NCBI RefSeq assembly: GCF_018350175.1
Contig: NC_058376.1
Span: 32,798,001-32,862,000 of the forward strand
Length of the DNA: 64,000 nucleotides
Source: Felis catus
Lineage: Eukaryota
Direction of reading: 5' to 3'
Positions within the stretch are counted from its first letter, which is position 1. Each line of letters begins with the position of its first letter. Positions 37,922 through 52,041 of the stretch are shown here, piece by piece. A program made the position numbers and the translations under genes. Under the pieces are notes generated by a model. The model had not been told where the DNA came from. It was given only the letters and a program-made list of their open reading frames with translations, and did not search any database.

Positions 37922-38544
37922 TTTTAAACTGAACATTTAAAGATACTTTTAAACTAAGCACTTTCCTGTGAAAGTGGAAAAGAAAAAGGGAAGTGGCGTG
38001 TGACAAAATGTAAAGAAAATGCAGCAGAACATGGAAAACAGAACACCTCCTTTAGTGCTGGGAATGACTAGAATAGATTAGTGTGGACTTAGAGGTTCCT
38101 ATGCTCCGGAAGAAAAGAGACACGGACAAAGAGAAGACTAAACCCTCGTCACAGGGGAGATGTGATGGAGGGCGTGGTCATTCTTGCCAGTCTTAGCAGA
38201 CGGCACCACAAGACAGACAAGAAGGAGAGAATACGGCACCAGAGTCAGACAGCACTGACTTCAGTCCCAACTCAGTCTCTCTGCTGTGTCACTTAACCTT
38301 CCTGAACAAATGTCATCTGTGAAATGGAGGTTTTATCTTGGGGGACTATCTTAATGAATTTTAAGCCCAAAACTTTGTAGTATTCAATGAGCGATGATTA
38401 GTTTTCCCAGTAGTCAGTTTTGACAGGGAGATAGGCACATTCTCTACGATTGCAAAATTTGAAATGATAGCTTTCCTGATAGCAGTTATACTGCTGCCAC
38501 AGATACTTACATGAGGTTGTTTAAACACCTCAATAAAAACTCAG

Positions 38545-38852
38545 TAATAAAACAAATGAGCAAATAAATAAGCAAAGAAAAAAAGGAAGAATCAGACCAT
38601 AAGTACAGAGAACAACGTGGTGGTTGCCAGAGAGGAGGGCAGTGGGGGGATAGACAAAATGAATAAAGGGGAATGAGAGATATGGGCTTCCAGTTAAGGA
38701 AGGAGTTAAGTCATGGAGATAAAAGGTACAGCATGATAGCTATACCTGTGGTGAGCACAGCAGAAAGTATGACCTGTTGAATCACTACGCCGTGCACATG
38801 AAACTAAAGGAACATTCTGTGTCAACTATACTTCAGTGGAAAAAAAAAAAAA
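38545..38852 (+). mobile_element. Carnivore L1 3' fragment
   Basis: tacagagaacaacgtggtggttgccagag...ttgaatcacta...gaaactaa...tgtgtcaactatacttca plus A tail. Confidence 0.85.
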
Positions 38853-40661
38853 GACACATGCTTCAACCTTCAAGACAAATTATCCTTTCAAATCTTAATG
38901 GCTGTAGGTGAAAACAAATAAAATAAAGTTGTTTATGAGTTTATTTCTCTACTTGCAAAAAGATCTGAATTCACTAAACCCACGCACAGTTTAATAGGAA
39001 GGCCTACATAATGATTAGTGTAGGTGGCCGGCAAAGCGAAAGTACGACATGTGATCCAACCAGCCTAGGATTATATACAGTGAGAGAGCCCAGTCCTCTA
39101 TAGGAAAAGAAGGACAAGAGTTGGAGAGTTAAAAAAAAAAAATGGTTGTCATTTCTCAAAATGAATATATGCACATGATTTGTAAGAGTCAAAACTGGAT
39201 AAATATTTGGAAAGTCTGTTTTGATTCACGATTAGGAATATTGCGGTTACACAGGGCACACTCCACTTTTTTCAAGAAGAGGAAAATGAGAATCTTGCGG
39301 ATAATAGGGAACCTTTCTTTGGAAGCAAATTCCAGGACAATTGTTACAGACCATGTCCACTCAGCACTACGTCCGTCCCACTCTATAGACAGCAGATCTT
39401 GTGCCAGATTGTTTAATGATGGCCTGCAGTCCTGGACGACAGGCTCTGTTCCATATGCTGTCTTTAGAACAGCTATGTGTAGAAATACTTATCAAGGGCA
39501 ATTACAGTAGAAAAGCGCTCATTCTTGAAGTGAAATAATTGAATTAATTATAATCTTAGCAGGATTTTATCCAGTGGAGAAAATACTAAATCGACTGTGA
39601 TTAAAACCAAAGCTGTTTAGTTTAGAATTTAAAGTAAAGAAACACAAGCAGTTAAGTATGGCAGTTCCTCGTGTAGGTTAAGAAGCAGTGAACAGTCAGT
39701 GAGAGTGGACTTGAAATGGATCTGAAGGGGAGTGTGCAGTGTTCATATAAACATGTGGAGGAAGATGAGAACCAGGTTCACTGAGCATCGATCTAGGTCC
39801 TTGCGCAGGTTCTCACATTTATTTTAATTCTAAAGTAATTTTACTTTTACCTTGCAAATGATGAAAGCATGATTACAAAGTTTTAAGAATTTTTCAGGTA
39901 TATTTAATTTGGCCTGGCTGCGATCTTTTTCTATACTGTGCTATTTTTAAGCTCACAATATGTAAAATGTTATGAGATGATGTTCAGGTGTGGGAATGTA
40001 TGTGAAATTTATACAGACATGAGTATAAAGAGTATAAAGAGGATGGTGCATATTGGGGACTTAATTAATCCTTAATGATTTCAGAGGATTCTGGGAATAT
40101 CCGATAAACAATTAAGGTTTCCAGAAAAAATTCCTTTCCAGGATAGTGGGGGTCCAAGAAAATGGGACTTGGTCTTTTTAGTCTCTTTCCCAAATTAATG
40201 ATTTTTAATTAAAACGGCATGTCCCACTGTGTCCTCTCAAGGCTATACAGCTGTTTTAACAGAGGTGAAATTCAGTGATGAGGACTAATATCTAAAAACT
40301 CAAGATCAATGTCCCATGGTGTAACACTTTTCTTCCCTTCTGCTTTTCCAGGGGGATGGAGTTTTCTACAGGAAAAACCATGGCAGTTTCACTGATGTTA
40401 AGGACACACGGGTGACAGGTTTTGGGTGTGAGTAAAGTAATTCAAATACCGCCACTCTTGGTGGAATCACTAGCAAAATGCCCAAAGGGTGCCCAGGAAG
40501 TCATCTGAGAGAAAAGCACTCATTAGGAGACAGTATCCTTCTCACTCAAGAAGAGAAAGACTGCCTTCTTCCCCTCTCCTCATCCTTATTGTGGAGGTCC
40601 ATGGACTTCTGATGTTGAGACTGAGACAGTCATCAGGTATACCATTGATGTTTGCTTTTTT

Positions 40662-40872
40662 AATTTTTTAAAATGTTTATTTATTTTTGAGACAGAGAGA
40701 GACAGAGCATGAACGGGGGAGGGTCAGAGAGAGGGAGACACAGAATCTGAAACAGGCTTCAGGCTCTGAGCTGTCAGCACAGAGCCCGAAGCGGGACTCA
40801 AACTCACAGACGGCGAGATCATGACCTGAGCAGAAGTCAGCCGCTCAACTGACTGAGCCACCCAGGCGCCCC
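40662..40872 (-). mobile_element. CanSINE (felid) inserted at the tail of an L1 fragment
   Basis: TSD gatgtttgctttttt at 40647-40661 and 40873-40887. Confidence 0.97.
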
Positions 40873-40879
40873 GATGTTT

Positions 40880-41065
40880 GCTTTTTTAAATGAAGTATAG
40901 TTGACACATAATGTTACAAGAGTTGCAGGTGTATAACACAGTGATGTGACAAGTCTATATATATTATGCTATTCACCACAAGCGTAGCTACTGTCTGTCA
41001 CTATACAACGCTATTACAATACCATTGACTATATTCCCTAGGATGTACCTTTTATCCCCATGATT
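40880..41065 (-). mobile_element. Carnivore L1 3' fragment, followed by (TGAT)6 at 41061-41084
   Basis: tgaagtatagttgacacataatgttac...ttcaccacaagcgtagctactgtctgtcac...ttgactatattccct. Confidence 0.85.
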
Positions 41066-44000
41066 GATTGATTGATTGATTGATTTTTGGCTGATCTACT
41101 TTCATTTCATTAAAGCTCTTAAAAAATTGCTGGATTAAGTAGTCCTAAAAGAGAAGCATCACACTGTGCAATGACTTTCCCATGGCTCATGAAATGTGCA
41201 TCCTCATTGTAGAACATGTATACAGGAATTTCTCTGGGAGTGAGAAGTCTACCAATATGGTTTACATAAAATGAGATCACTGAAGTGGAACCGTGCTGTT
41301 ATGTGGACTGTGCAGATGAGGAAGATGGCACTCATTTGAGTAGAACCGATGATTGTTTATTGTAGGGTTACGGGCACATTCATCTAATAATGAGTACATG
41401 AAAACAGGAGCCTTTTTCTCTTTGATAATTTTCAATATATAAAATGAAACAGCAGAGATGTTAAGAAAACATTGACTGGAGTGAGACTCGAGATTCATTT
41501 GATGTGAACAGGACTCTGTTATTCATAGATACATCTATCAGCACTAGGTTCTGTGGGGAAAAAGCAAAAACAAAAACAAAACAAAACACACTCTCCAATT
41601 CCAATATACCATTCCTGGGCATGATTTTGTGCTACTCTCCAAGAGCAGTGACCAGGGTTAGATGGCAATATTCTCCTGACAATAGCAGGATTTTGAATTA
41701 TTGTCTGCCTCCACCATTCAGTGGCAAGCAATCAGCAGATTAAGAGTAAGTCAGTGCATTAGAAGGAGAAAATGCCTGGAAAGGGATTCTTATGATGCTC
41801 TCCTCCTGCTTGGTAGAGATTCTGAGGTCATTACCAGTAGAGGAAGGGACAGGATTTTGTCCTCGGTGTTAGTGACTGAACTGCTCTTTCAAGGGAAGGT
41901 TTTTGCTTTGCTTTCTCATTGGCTGAGAAATCCTATAAAAACAGGTTCTATCAAAATACGAGTTTGAGGGGGAAAACCAAAATTTCAAGCAAAGTAATTT
42001 TGAGCAGAATGAATTTCACTTGTATTAAAATCATCAATTCATTGCACCTTTACAGAACACCATTTATACTTCAGACACGACAAGAATGGGGATGAGAACA
42101 GAAAAACCATACTGCCTTCCAGGAGCTTATGATACATAATCTTTGATATTTGACATAATAATATATGATGCACGTACACAGTGAAACATATAAAGAGAGT
42201 GCTGTGTTCTGAGAGTACTTAGAAAACACAACCAGTTCCTACCTTGGAGATCTGGAAAGTAGTTCCATGGGAAATGGAAAAATGTAAATTAAAAAAAAAA
42301 TAATAAAGTAGCTTCCTTATTCTTTATCTTCAAAAATAAAGGATATCAAAGTTAAGGATATGTAAGGAGTTTTCCTCCTCACCTCTTATATTCAAGAAGC
42401 ACTACTCCTCAGTTAACAATAACATCTTTTTCTTGGTGACCTAAGTTTTCTGAAAAGCGATTGCTCTCTGAATCAGCAGTGTTGATAAGGCAAAGTACAT
42501 CCCAAGCGCGGCTTTCAGAGAGCTCTCCCACAGTCTAAAGAGGATGAGAAGCACTTTAGCAAATGGCTTTCTACAAGTCATATGATACCATTTGCAGTGT
42601 GAAACATCTTAACTTTTATTCAATAGCCAAGTTTGAATCTATGTAATATGAACAGATGTAACTGTAAAGTGGACAGCAGCCATCTTCTTCCTAAGATTAT
42701 GGCTTAGTATTAACATAGGCTTAGAACATTTGAACTTTATTGCACAATGCTGAAATCCTGGGAAAAATAGTTTCCAGGATTGGTACAGACCAGAACAAAT
42801 AGTTCAGTCACTTTAAAACAATGACTCTTGAAATCGAAATTAGTGGAACACACAAGAAATATGCTCTAAAGGGTATACAAATAACAGTATACAAATAAGC
42901 TCTACTCAGGAAGTGCAAGTTGGAGACAGAGGTGGCAAAAGGTAGATCCACTTAATAAGAAATATATTTACTTCTCAGTTAAAGAGTGAAAACTATTCTG
43001 GGTTTATACTATTATAAGTTTGGAAAAATAAATAGTTGTTGCTAAATTTTCTTTATTCTCTACCTTTAGTTAGGAAGACAAACAGTACAGATCCTTTGGC
43101 CATCAAAACAAACAAAGCTTGAAGTAGGGTGGAGAAAAATATTGATCCAGGCAAAGAAAAGCTCTTAACTATTCAGAATTTATGTCTCCATTCATGTGGT
43201 AGCTACTGGCAGAAATAGCCAATTCCCAGTGACTATGACACCCCTGGGGTGGTACTTCACTATTATGTGACAAAATAAATGTAGAATTTTATGTGAATCG
43301 GGAGTAAGACTTTTAAAAGGATGATTTCTTCCTTTGTGCACGTAATATAAAATCACTCCATTTTATAGATGAGTAAACTGAGGGAACACAGGAAATTAAA
43401 GTTTTTCTTCTTTTTGCACTCATAGTACATCTCATGTATGATGATCCCTCTGCAGATTAAGGAAAGGGCCTGAGATTATTTCCTCAAAGGTGACAAAGAA
43501 TAGTCTTCTCTCATCTTAAACCTGTACTATGACTTAAAATGTTGTCTGCTGTGACAGAAAATTTATTAGACGGTGTTACCCAAAATGTGCTGGGCAGAAC
43601 AATAATCCCCTTAAATACACACACATACATATACTAGACCTCTGGTCAAATATACTTTGGACAATGATGCTTACCTATGTTTCATGAATATTCACTATGA
43701 ATATTAAAATATTAAAGATGGAAAAAGGCATATATTTCCTTATATGACTCAAGGTATCTTCAGTTTCATGAGTGACATTCATGTAACATTTACATAAATT
43801 AAGGTAGTGATTTTTCCTTTCTATGACTTTACACAATGAAAGCATTCATCTCTTCATTCTCAGATCAGTTCTTAACGTATTTTATCTTTTTAAATTGAAT
43901 GTGGACATAAAGAGAAAGCTGTCATAATACAGAAATTTCACAGAAGTAACCTCTTCTTTTTATGAAATGGTAAATTCACAAATTTAATAGATAGAAAAAT

Positions 44001-45830
44001 ATGCAGGCATTTCAAATATATGAAGTATAGCCATGTGGAAAACTCTAATGTTCATTCCCAACAGAATTCTCTGAACCAATAAAATTATTTTCCAATTTAA
44101 TAGTTCAAGTTACCCAGTCATTAGCTTGGCATTGGCAGATAGTTGGCAGTTTGTGTAGGGAATAAGAAGCAGATTATTTCTTTGTTAGGCTTCAATTCCT
44201 GCCAGCCTGGATGTGTTAAATCCCAAGAAAATGCAGCTGTGCTCAATATACGCATTTTGTAAAATTTCATATTGCGATTCCCTAGGGGCCCAGGTATCTA
44301 TTACTGCTACAGTCAGTATTTAGTTACTAGGATAAAACAACTGATCGGGGTATTAAATACATATATTGAAAATTTGCCAATGGATCAGGCTATTAGGGCT
44401 CACATAAACAAATGGAAATACAGCCTCTGCATTATTTTTCTAACCACCATAACTAAAGAAACAGACTATTCGTTCAGTAGGTGTGAAATTCCACTTTAGG
44501 TACAAGCTACTCTAATTTCACAGTTGAATCACAGAGTTGTCACAGAGCCCCATTGAGTAAATCTCACATTTGCATGCACTCAAGGTCATTACTGAATGTG
44601 ATCAAAATGAGATTGGACGCCTCCATTTATTTGTTGTCAGGGAGTGGGTTTTAAATTTGAGCAAACTCTAATTGTGCGTATTCCACATCTAGCTAGGGTG
44701 ATTTCAACCCTGTCTTGACTGTCATAACAAAATTTCCACTTCTAAAACACTATCTTTCAATAATTCTACTCTGATCAGATTTCCAACGCAGTCCTCTGAC
44801 AGATACTGAATTTACATCATGCCACATAAATACACAGGATATAGGTTTATCATTTAATGTGATTTCCCTCTGAGAAGGTAATAATAGAAGCTTTCCTATT
44901 AGAGTATGCATAAAATTCTCATTCAAAAATGAATCTTGATATCAAATTCCAGGAATACAGGAGAAAGGAAAGTTTTTTTTCATTCTGTGGTCACAAAATG
45001 CTGTATATCAGATTGAACCCAAAGTCATTTTTGAACAGAACAACTGATGATATAAATAGGGTCTTCAATAAGAAAGTACCATTCAAAATTTTGTTAAACC
45101 CTAAGCCATTACTAAATGCCATTACATTTAAAAGCATGAATTCTTTTTGAGTGCTAAACATTAAAGAACTACAATAACATTAAGAACTTCTTAATAACAT
45201 ATATTGCCAACCTAGTTTTACATATTACAGCATCAGTCCCAGTGAAAATCTCAAACAACGCAGAATATGCATCTGTGACATAAGCATACTAACTATTGTT
45301 TTTTACTCTGTGTTGAGGAGGGCTGAGGATGTTGCTTTTTGGCTATTTCAATATAAGTTAGTTCTCACTGCATGCAATTACAAAGCAAAAAAAGAAATAT
45401 TGATCCCATCACTTGTTATAAAATTTGATGTTGAGCGAATAAATGAAGAGTGAACTGATGAGTGAGAAATCAATAAACTGAGTATCTTTTAGCATTTTAG
45501 GTTTCACAGATAAATAATAACAATGATTATGTCATTCTCCCAATAGATTTTAAGATTAGCCTCACTCTAATCTCTACTTTGGGAAGTTAAACAATCAGGA
45601 TATCATTAGCTCAAAATGTCTCAATGCATACATTTAATTTCAAGTAACATGTTTTCCATCCCTTATGCACTTATTCTCTGTAATTTCATGATACTAAGCT
45701 AGGTATCATTGGACTTAGAAACGGGGAATAAAACTGGTACTTAAATTGCTTACAGTTCAATAGGTAATAACTTAGAACTATAAAAACTATAATTCTTTCT
45801 AAATAATATAGTATTAAGTACCCTTAGCAC

Positions 45831-45834
45831 TGCG

Positions 45835-45893
<59 letters not shown>
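45831..45893. repeat. (CG)n-(CA)n compound microsatellite
   Basis: tgcgcgcgcgcgc followed by an uninterrupted (ac)n run. Confidence 0.97.
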
Positions 45894-45894
<1 letters not shown>

Positions 45895-46224
45895 TTGGAA
45901 CTGGAGAAAGAAACATTCCTACCTGGTTATAACCAAGCAAGAGGGATTGGAGAGAAAGTGAATTTAAAGAGTGTATTAAAGAATGATTAAAATGTACACA
46001 TAAAAAATACACGCAGAAGCTTATCTCAAGTAGTGGAAGGGGGCTCTGGCAAAATCATGGAAAAAGACACGATACACACACATGTTAGTAATTATGTGTG
46101 TCTTCAACTTAAGATGCATGGTAAAGATAAATTTGAAAAGATATGTTAAGCAAGTCTCTAGAAAGATAGAATGACAGTAAGAATTAACTTACTGAAAAAG
46201 GAAAGATTTTGCATTGCCTCTTTG

Positions 46225-46440
46225 ACACAGTAGAAAGAGCACTGCACTTGGAGCCAGAAGATGTGCACTTCAATTTGCTCAAAGATCTGGATAGGTCCCT
46301 TAAACTTTTGAACTTCACAGCTCTAATCTGCAATGCAGAGCAATTGATATTTACCTCAGGACTTAACTACGAGAAGTAACTGAGAGAATAAATATCAGAG
46401 GTTCTAGCAATGAACATGGTACACAGAAGACACACATTTG
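46225..46440 (+). mobile_element. MIR fragment
   Basis: cagtagaaagagcactgcacttggagccagaagat...aatctgcaatg...tacctcagga. Confidence 0.65.
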
Positions 46441-47687
46441 TTGAAAAAGTATAAAAGCTTAGTTTTAGAACAGTTAATGTGGCCTAGTGAATGGGATGAC
46501 TGAATTTCGGTTTAGTCAAAGTCTGAGGTAAACTGGTCATAAGTTTTGGAGTGACAATGGAAAATGAAAATGTAAAAAACTATTATTGTGTGCCTACAGA
46601 GACTTTGAGTCACTACAGTCTCATACTTAGTTTTAAGTAAGATGATATTTACTAATTATATTTAATACATTGTCATTTGCAATGTTTTACATTTTCTAAA
46701 AATATACATTAGACTGTATTTGAAATTATCCCTCGTATTGCCTCTTATTATTTGGTCCAGTCTCAGAATGCTTTCCAAACTCAGAATCTTAGTTGGGATG
46801 AATAAGAAGGTTGGCTCTTCTTGGTGACCCTGGCCAAAGCTATTTGAACCAGGGAGACAAGTGACTCCAGGGCCATCAAATTATAGGAATAATGATTACA
46901 TAAACTAGTTAGGCAATTTCTATTAATTTCAAACTGAAATACAGAGTCTGAGAGGGGGAGAGAGAGCAGAATGACGCTGAGGAAAAAAACAGGGAAGAGA
47001 AAGTTGAGGATTTACATTAATGGTGCAGCAGAATAGAGATGAATTACATTCTGGGAGTGAGGCAATGTGTTGGACCTAAGCCAGACTCACCTCTAGCTTC
47101 TGAGTTGCATTTTCATTAGGACTGTGACTAATAAGAACTGAGATTCCTGTCTTGTTCCAGAGCTTTTCCTGGTTTTCTGTCAAGCTTGGTTACATGGTTG
47201 AAATTCCAGTCTTCTTTATTGCCTCTGTTTTTCCCAGGAAAACCTTAAATATTTCACATAAGCTAAAAATTTTCCGTAGGAAAAAGCCTCACCAATATCC
47301 AAAGTATAGATCTCTAGACACAATCCATTCTATTATGCTATCTCGAGTGACAGAACAATGATGCCAAGTGATATACCAGGAATCACATAAAACCTGCAAT
47401 TTATCCAATCAATGGGCAGATCCACTGGAGTATGCCATGCATGCTAATGAAATTTGTCATGTGTGTTGAAGCAGATCGAAATATGTGGCTTCTCTGTCAT
47501 ACAATTCTCTAAGAATTAACCTGGTTTTTTAGTGGATTCATGCAAGATGATGTGATGTGTTCTACATTTGATTTCATAAAATTACCCATTAAAATGTCTT
47601 CCAGTATTGTAAGCCACACTTATAAATCTTTACCTTTTATTCCTGGGATATATAGAAACAGAGAACATCAGTCCTTAGAAGGATTTT

Positions 47688-47824
47688 TATTTATTTATTT
47701 ACTTATTAATTTTTTTAAAGTTTTATTTATTTAAGTAATCTCTACACCCAACATGGGGAGCTCAAACTCATGACCTCAAGATCAAGGGTCACATGGTCAA
47801 CCCAGTTGAGCCAGCCAAGTGTCT
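47688..47824 (-). mobile_element. Older short CanSINE
   Basis: tttaagtaatctctacacccaacatgggg...ctcaagatcaagggtcacatg...gagccagccaagtgtc. Confidence 0.85.
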
Positions 47825-47882
47825 ACTTACAGGGATTTTTAAATATCATATTTCATAAAAATCTAACTTATCACCATGTGAC

Positions 47883-48050
47883 GGGGCGCCTGGGTGGCTC
47901 AGTCGGTTGAGTGTCTGACTTCGGCTCAGGTCATGGTCTCACGGCTCGTGAGCCTGCTTCCGATTCTGTGCCTCCCTCTCTCTCTGCCCCTAACCTACTT
48001 GCATTCTGTCTCTGTCTCTCTCAAAAATAAATAAACATTTAAAAAATTTA
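47883..48050 (+). mobile_element. CanSINE with a 46-bp internal deletion removing the B box
   Basis: Reads ...ctcgtGAGcctgcttcc...; TSD aa(c/a)ttatcacc(a/c)tgtg at 47865-47880 and 48051-48066. Confidence 0.93.
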
Positions 48051-48959
48051 AAATTATCACCCTGTGTAAGGTATATTATTTAGATATGTCTTCTCCAAAA
48101 TCAACATTGCAAAATATAATTATATAAGTGATCTGATTTCAGAAATGTTAGTATGTGAAAAAATACACATCCTTAGAATTGTTGAAAAAAATCATGTAGT
48201 TGTTCAACATTTTTATTTTGATGATTAAAAAATAAGCATCATAGAGAACTTACTGGTTTTCTTGCTACTGGCAATTACGATTCAAACTGGAGTTTCCTTA
48301 ACCACAGTCCAATATAATTTCCATCTACCATATTGTATAAAATTATATGTAATCAAAAGAAAAGATAAATTATTTTTACAACTTACTCCCATAAATTAAG
48401 TTGTATTAATCTACCTATGTATTCATGCAATAGACTTCTATTAAATATTTTACTTTCTATATGTATACATATATCAATCATTACATACTACATGTACCTA
48501 TACATGATATAAAAATTAGTAAAACATGATCGTTCCTATCACTAATTGGAATATTCATCCTCACTTCTGTTGATAGTCTTTCTGTCAGATTATTCACATT
48601 TTAATGAGTAAAGTTTGAAAATATATTTTAAATTCCACTAAATTAATAATCAACTTCGCACTTTGCTCCGTGCACAAAACATTTTGCAACATTCTTTTTC
48701 ACAACTATACGATATTTTTATTTTAAAGAAGAAATTGTTTATCTCACATTTGTACTATTGCAAACTTTAGTTATCCTTGTCTTTATGGAGAAAATGAATC
48801 TTTTCCATACAAGAACTTTGTCACTTAACCCATCCTACAACTCTTCATTCACAGTCCATGACTTTTAACTCATAGAGTTCCAGTGATATATTTCCTATGC
48901 ATTTTCAGATAATTTCCTATAGTTGAATTTAAACTATTTCATTCTATATGAAGTTATTT

Positions 48960-49152
48960 GTTTTTTAATTTATTTTGAGAGAGAGAGAGCAGGGGAGGGG
49001 CAGAGAGAGAGACGGAGACAGAGTTTCCCGAGCAGGCTCTGCACGGTCAGCACAGAGCCCAATGCAGAGCTCAAACTCATAAACTGTGAGATCATGATCT
49101 GAGCCTAAATCAGGAGTCAGATATTTAACCGATGGAACCACTAAGGTGCCCC
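48960..49152 (-). mobile_element. CanSINE
   Basis: gtgagatcatgatctgagcctaaatcaggagtcag...aggtgcccc. Confidence 0.93.
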
Positions 49153-50101
49153 AGTACAAAGTAATTTAAAACTCTGTAGAGTTTTAGCCAGCCTTGACAC
49201 CTGTTATATTTGTGTGATATCAAAAATTTTGGTCAAAGAATTTTAGCTTCAACTTTAATTTTTAAAAAGGTTTAATTAACAAATACTAACTTCAATAGGA
49301 ATTTTTTCATTCCAAAAAGAGAAGTATTCAGTATTTTTTTTATTTTGAATATTTTAAATTCTGAAAAAATAGCCCTTAATGTCAGAAGATATTTAATTAA
49401 ATGAAGCAACTAAATTTTCAAGCAGTATCTATATGCATAAGTTTAATGAAATAATTTGATGATCTTTCTGACTAATGTTTGGCCTAATGTCTAATGTTTG
49501 TGTGTATACAGAAGAAATCGGGTAGATTTTTAAAAGGCATAACCACTGTAGTGTTGATTAACTTCAACTTTGGATTTCTTATTCAAATATGATAGCGACT
49601 ATAAAATATTAAGACACATAATTAAAAAGAATAATTTTTCTTACATCATTGTCTACATCTCCTATTAGTTTTGGAAAGACAGAATAGTTTTTTTTTTCTA
49701 TAAAAAATTGCTTTCCAGAGCCCTCAAGCCAGTGACAACATGACAAATGAGGGAAAGATACACAGGTCTGTTAAATCTCATCTTTGATAAGTAGTCCATA
49801 GGGCTCATGCTTTGAATCTATAAAGATTAACAGACCTTGAGTGGTGCATTCAAGCATCCAATCAATGTTTGATTCATTGTTATTTAGTTAGTGTGTAATA
49901 ATGTGCATGGATAGAAGAGACTGTCAAAATTGTGAAATGTTTTAGTATATTGTAGCTAATGTATTCTAGTATTAGCTCTAACTAAACTGGTGCTTGGGGA
50001 TAAAGCTGGATTTTAAGATCTGAACTATACTGGGTATATTAAAATAATATTGCTTCAAAATTATATAATCATGCTTTTCTGTTACCAATATTGTCTTAAC
50101 T

Positions 50102-50230
50102 GGGTACACTTGGGTGCCTCAGTCAGTTAAGCGTCCAACTCTAGATTTTGGCTCGGGTCATAATCTCACGGATCATGGGTTCGAGTCCCCTCATAGGGCT
50201 CCTCATTACTGGAGCCAGCTTGGGATTGGG

Positions 50231-50274
<44 letters not shown>

Positions 50275-50363
50275 CCTCACCTGATCATTCTCTCTCTCTC
50301 TCTCTCAAAATGAAAAAAAAAAACAAGTAGTCTGAAGTTAAAATAAATAAACTTAAAAAAAAA
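50102..50363 (+). mobile_element. CanSINE with duplicated tail/flank
   Basis: Head cttgggtgcctcagtcagttaagcgtcc, long (CT)n; the tail plus flank acaagtagtct(g/t)aagtt occurs twice. Confidence 0.9.
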
Positions 50364-51814
50364 CAAGTAGTCTTAAGTTAAAAGTATATAAAATAGTTAG
50401 TTCAATATAAAAAAGTATATAAAATAGTTCAATATAATTTTAAAACTAAATGTGATTACATTAGCACAGCATGTGCTGAAGAAAAAACACAGCAATATCA
50501 TAGTATAACAAAGTAATAAATCTTTACAAATACTTTTCCCCTCTTGAGTGAATCATTTGTTTAGCACACATATAGGAACTTGATATCATTATAGATGGTT
50601 AATATACCTGTTGGTCGTATTATATTATAACTATTAGCATTCCAAAGAATTTTAAGATACCTTCTGTGAAAACCTGCTATAGGGCAGAAAGAATATGAAG
50701 TGGAATTCTCTTGGACTAGGACTCAGAAGACCAAGGTTAATTCTTGCTGTACCACGGTTCCCTAACCTATAATTTGGAGGTAGAAACACTTATTCATTCT
50801 ATTCTAGATTTCTTGTGAAAATCAAAAGGGCAAGACCTATGCCTTCACTATAACTATAGCTCCTGATAGAGAAACCTGCCAACTCCAAATTAAAAAAAAA
50901 TATTTGCTGACAGAATTAACATGAGCTCTCACATTAATAATTCAATAAATCAAAAATGTATAGCAATATTAATGTACTCTGAGATACTCACAGAATAATA
51001 CACTTACTTTACCTATGTTAAATGGAATGCTACTAGTCTTTTTAGTAATAGGAAGTAGATTCTTTCTTGCTATTCTATTGATTAATAGAGGCTTTTTAGA
51101 GCAGTAGGGAAGGAATGCCAGGGCTAAGAGATGTTTGCCACAGACACGCCATTAAGCAGTGGCAGTGAATCAGCCATTCTGGGTCTAGTCGCCCATGTCA
51201 TCTTCACACCATGACCTTCACATCATGACACTATGACAATTAGGGCTTAGATTTGTACAGTCACATTTAGTCTCTTATCATTAGTAAGAAATGCAGTAAA
51301 GAATACCATGTGTCTCTCATGTGTCTTATATGAAGTGAAAAATTACACAGAAAAGAAATATCCTTTGTTATCACAAGGATTTTAACCAACAAATTATTAG
51401 CCTATCATGTAAGTTGCCAGGCAAGAGAAAAATATTAACAACTATTAAGGACCGTATGTATCATTTACTGTCTCTGCTTTGGGCTTCCAAATGCTTTCAA
51501 GTTTTTTTTAGCAATTACTTTTCATCTGTTTTTTTTCCCCCTCAACTGATATTTGATTAATGTCAGTGTTTTTGTGATAGAGTAGGACTTCTCAACTAGT
51601 CAATTTGATTTGGGGGGGCGGGGGATGATTGTTAGACTTTGCACTGTGGCCATAGTCCTTTTGGTAGAGTTCATAAGATTTCTTCACCAGGGAAGGGAAC
51701 TATGTTCTCCCCATCCATTTCTTGACTTTACTTCTTAATGTCTCCTGAGCCATTCTATTAAGTGCTATCTTACTAGGAAGTAAAACATGACCTTGCTCTC
51801 AATGAGCTTTGAAT

Positions 51815-52041
51815 ATGATTATAGCCAACAATACTGTATTTGATACCTCAAAGGTGCTAATAGAGTAGATCTTAAATGTTCTCACCACAGACACACAGAA
51901 TATAATTATGTGACATGATGGAGATGTTAGCTAATGCTATGGTACTAATCATATTTCCATATATAAATGCATCAAATCACTTTTATACCTTAAATGTACA
52001 CATTGCTATATGTCAATTATATGTCAATAGAATTAAAAAAA
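51815..52041 (+). mobile_element. L1MA/L1MB-type 3' end inserted in an L2
   Basis: aacaatactgtatt...gagtagatcttaaatgttctcaccac...tatatgtcaattatat plus A tail. Confidence 0.85.

Noticed and set aside
39142-39510. 122-aa ATG-initiated ORF
   Set aside because: No recognisable protein similarity, promoter or exon structure.
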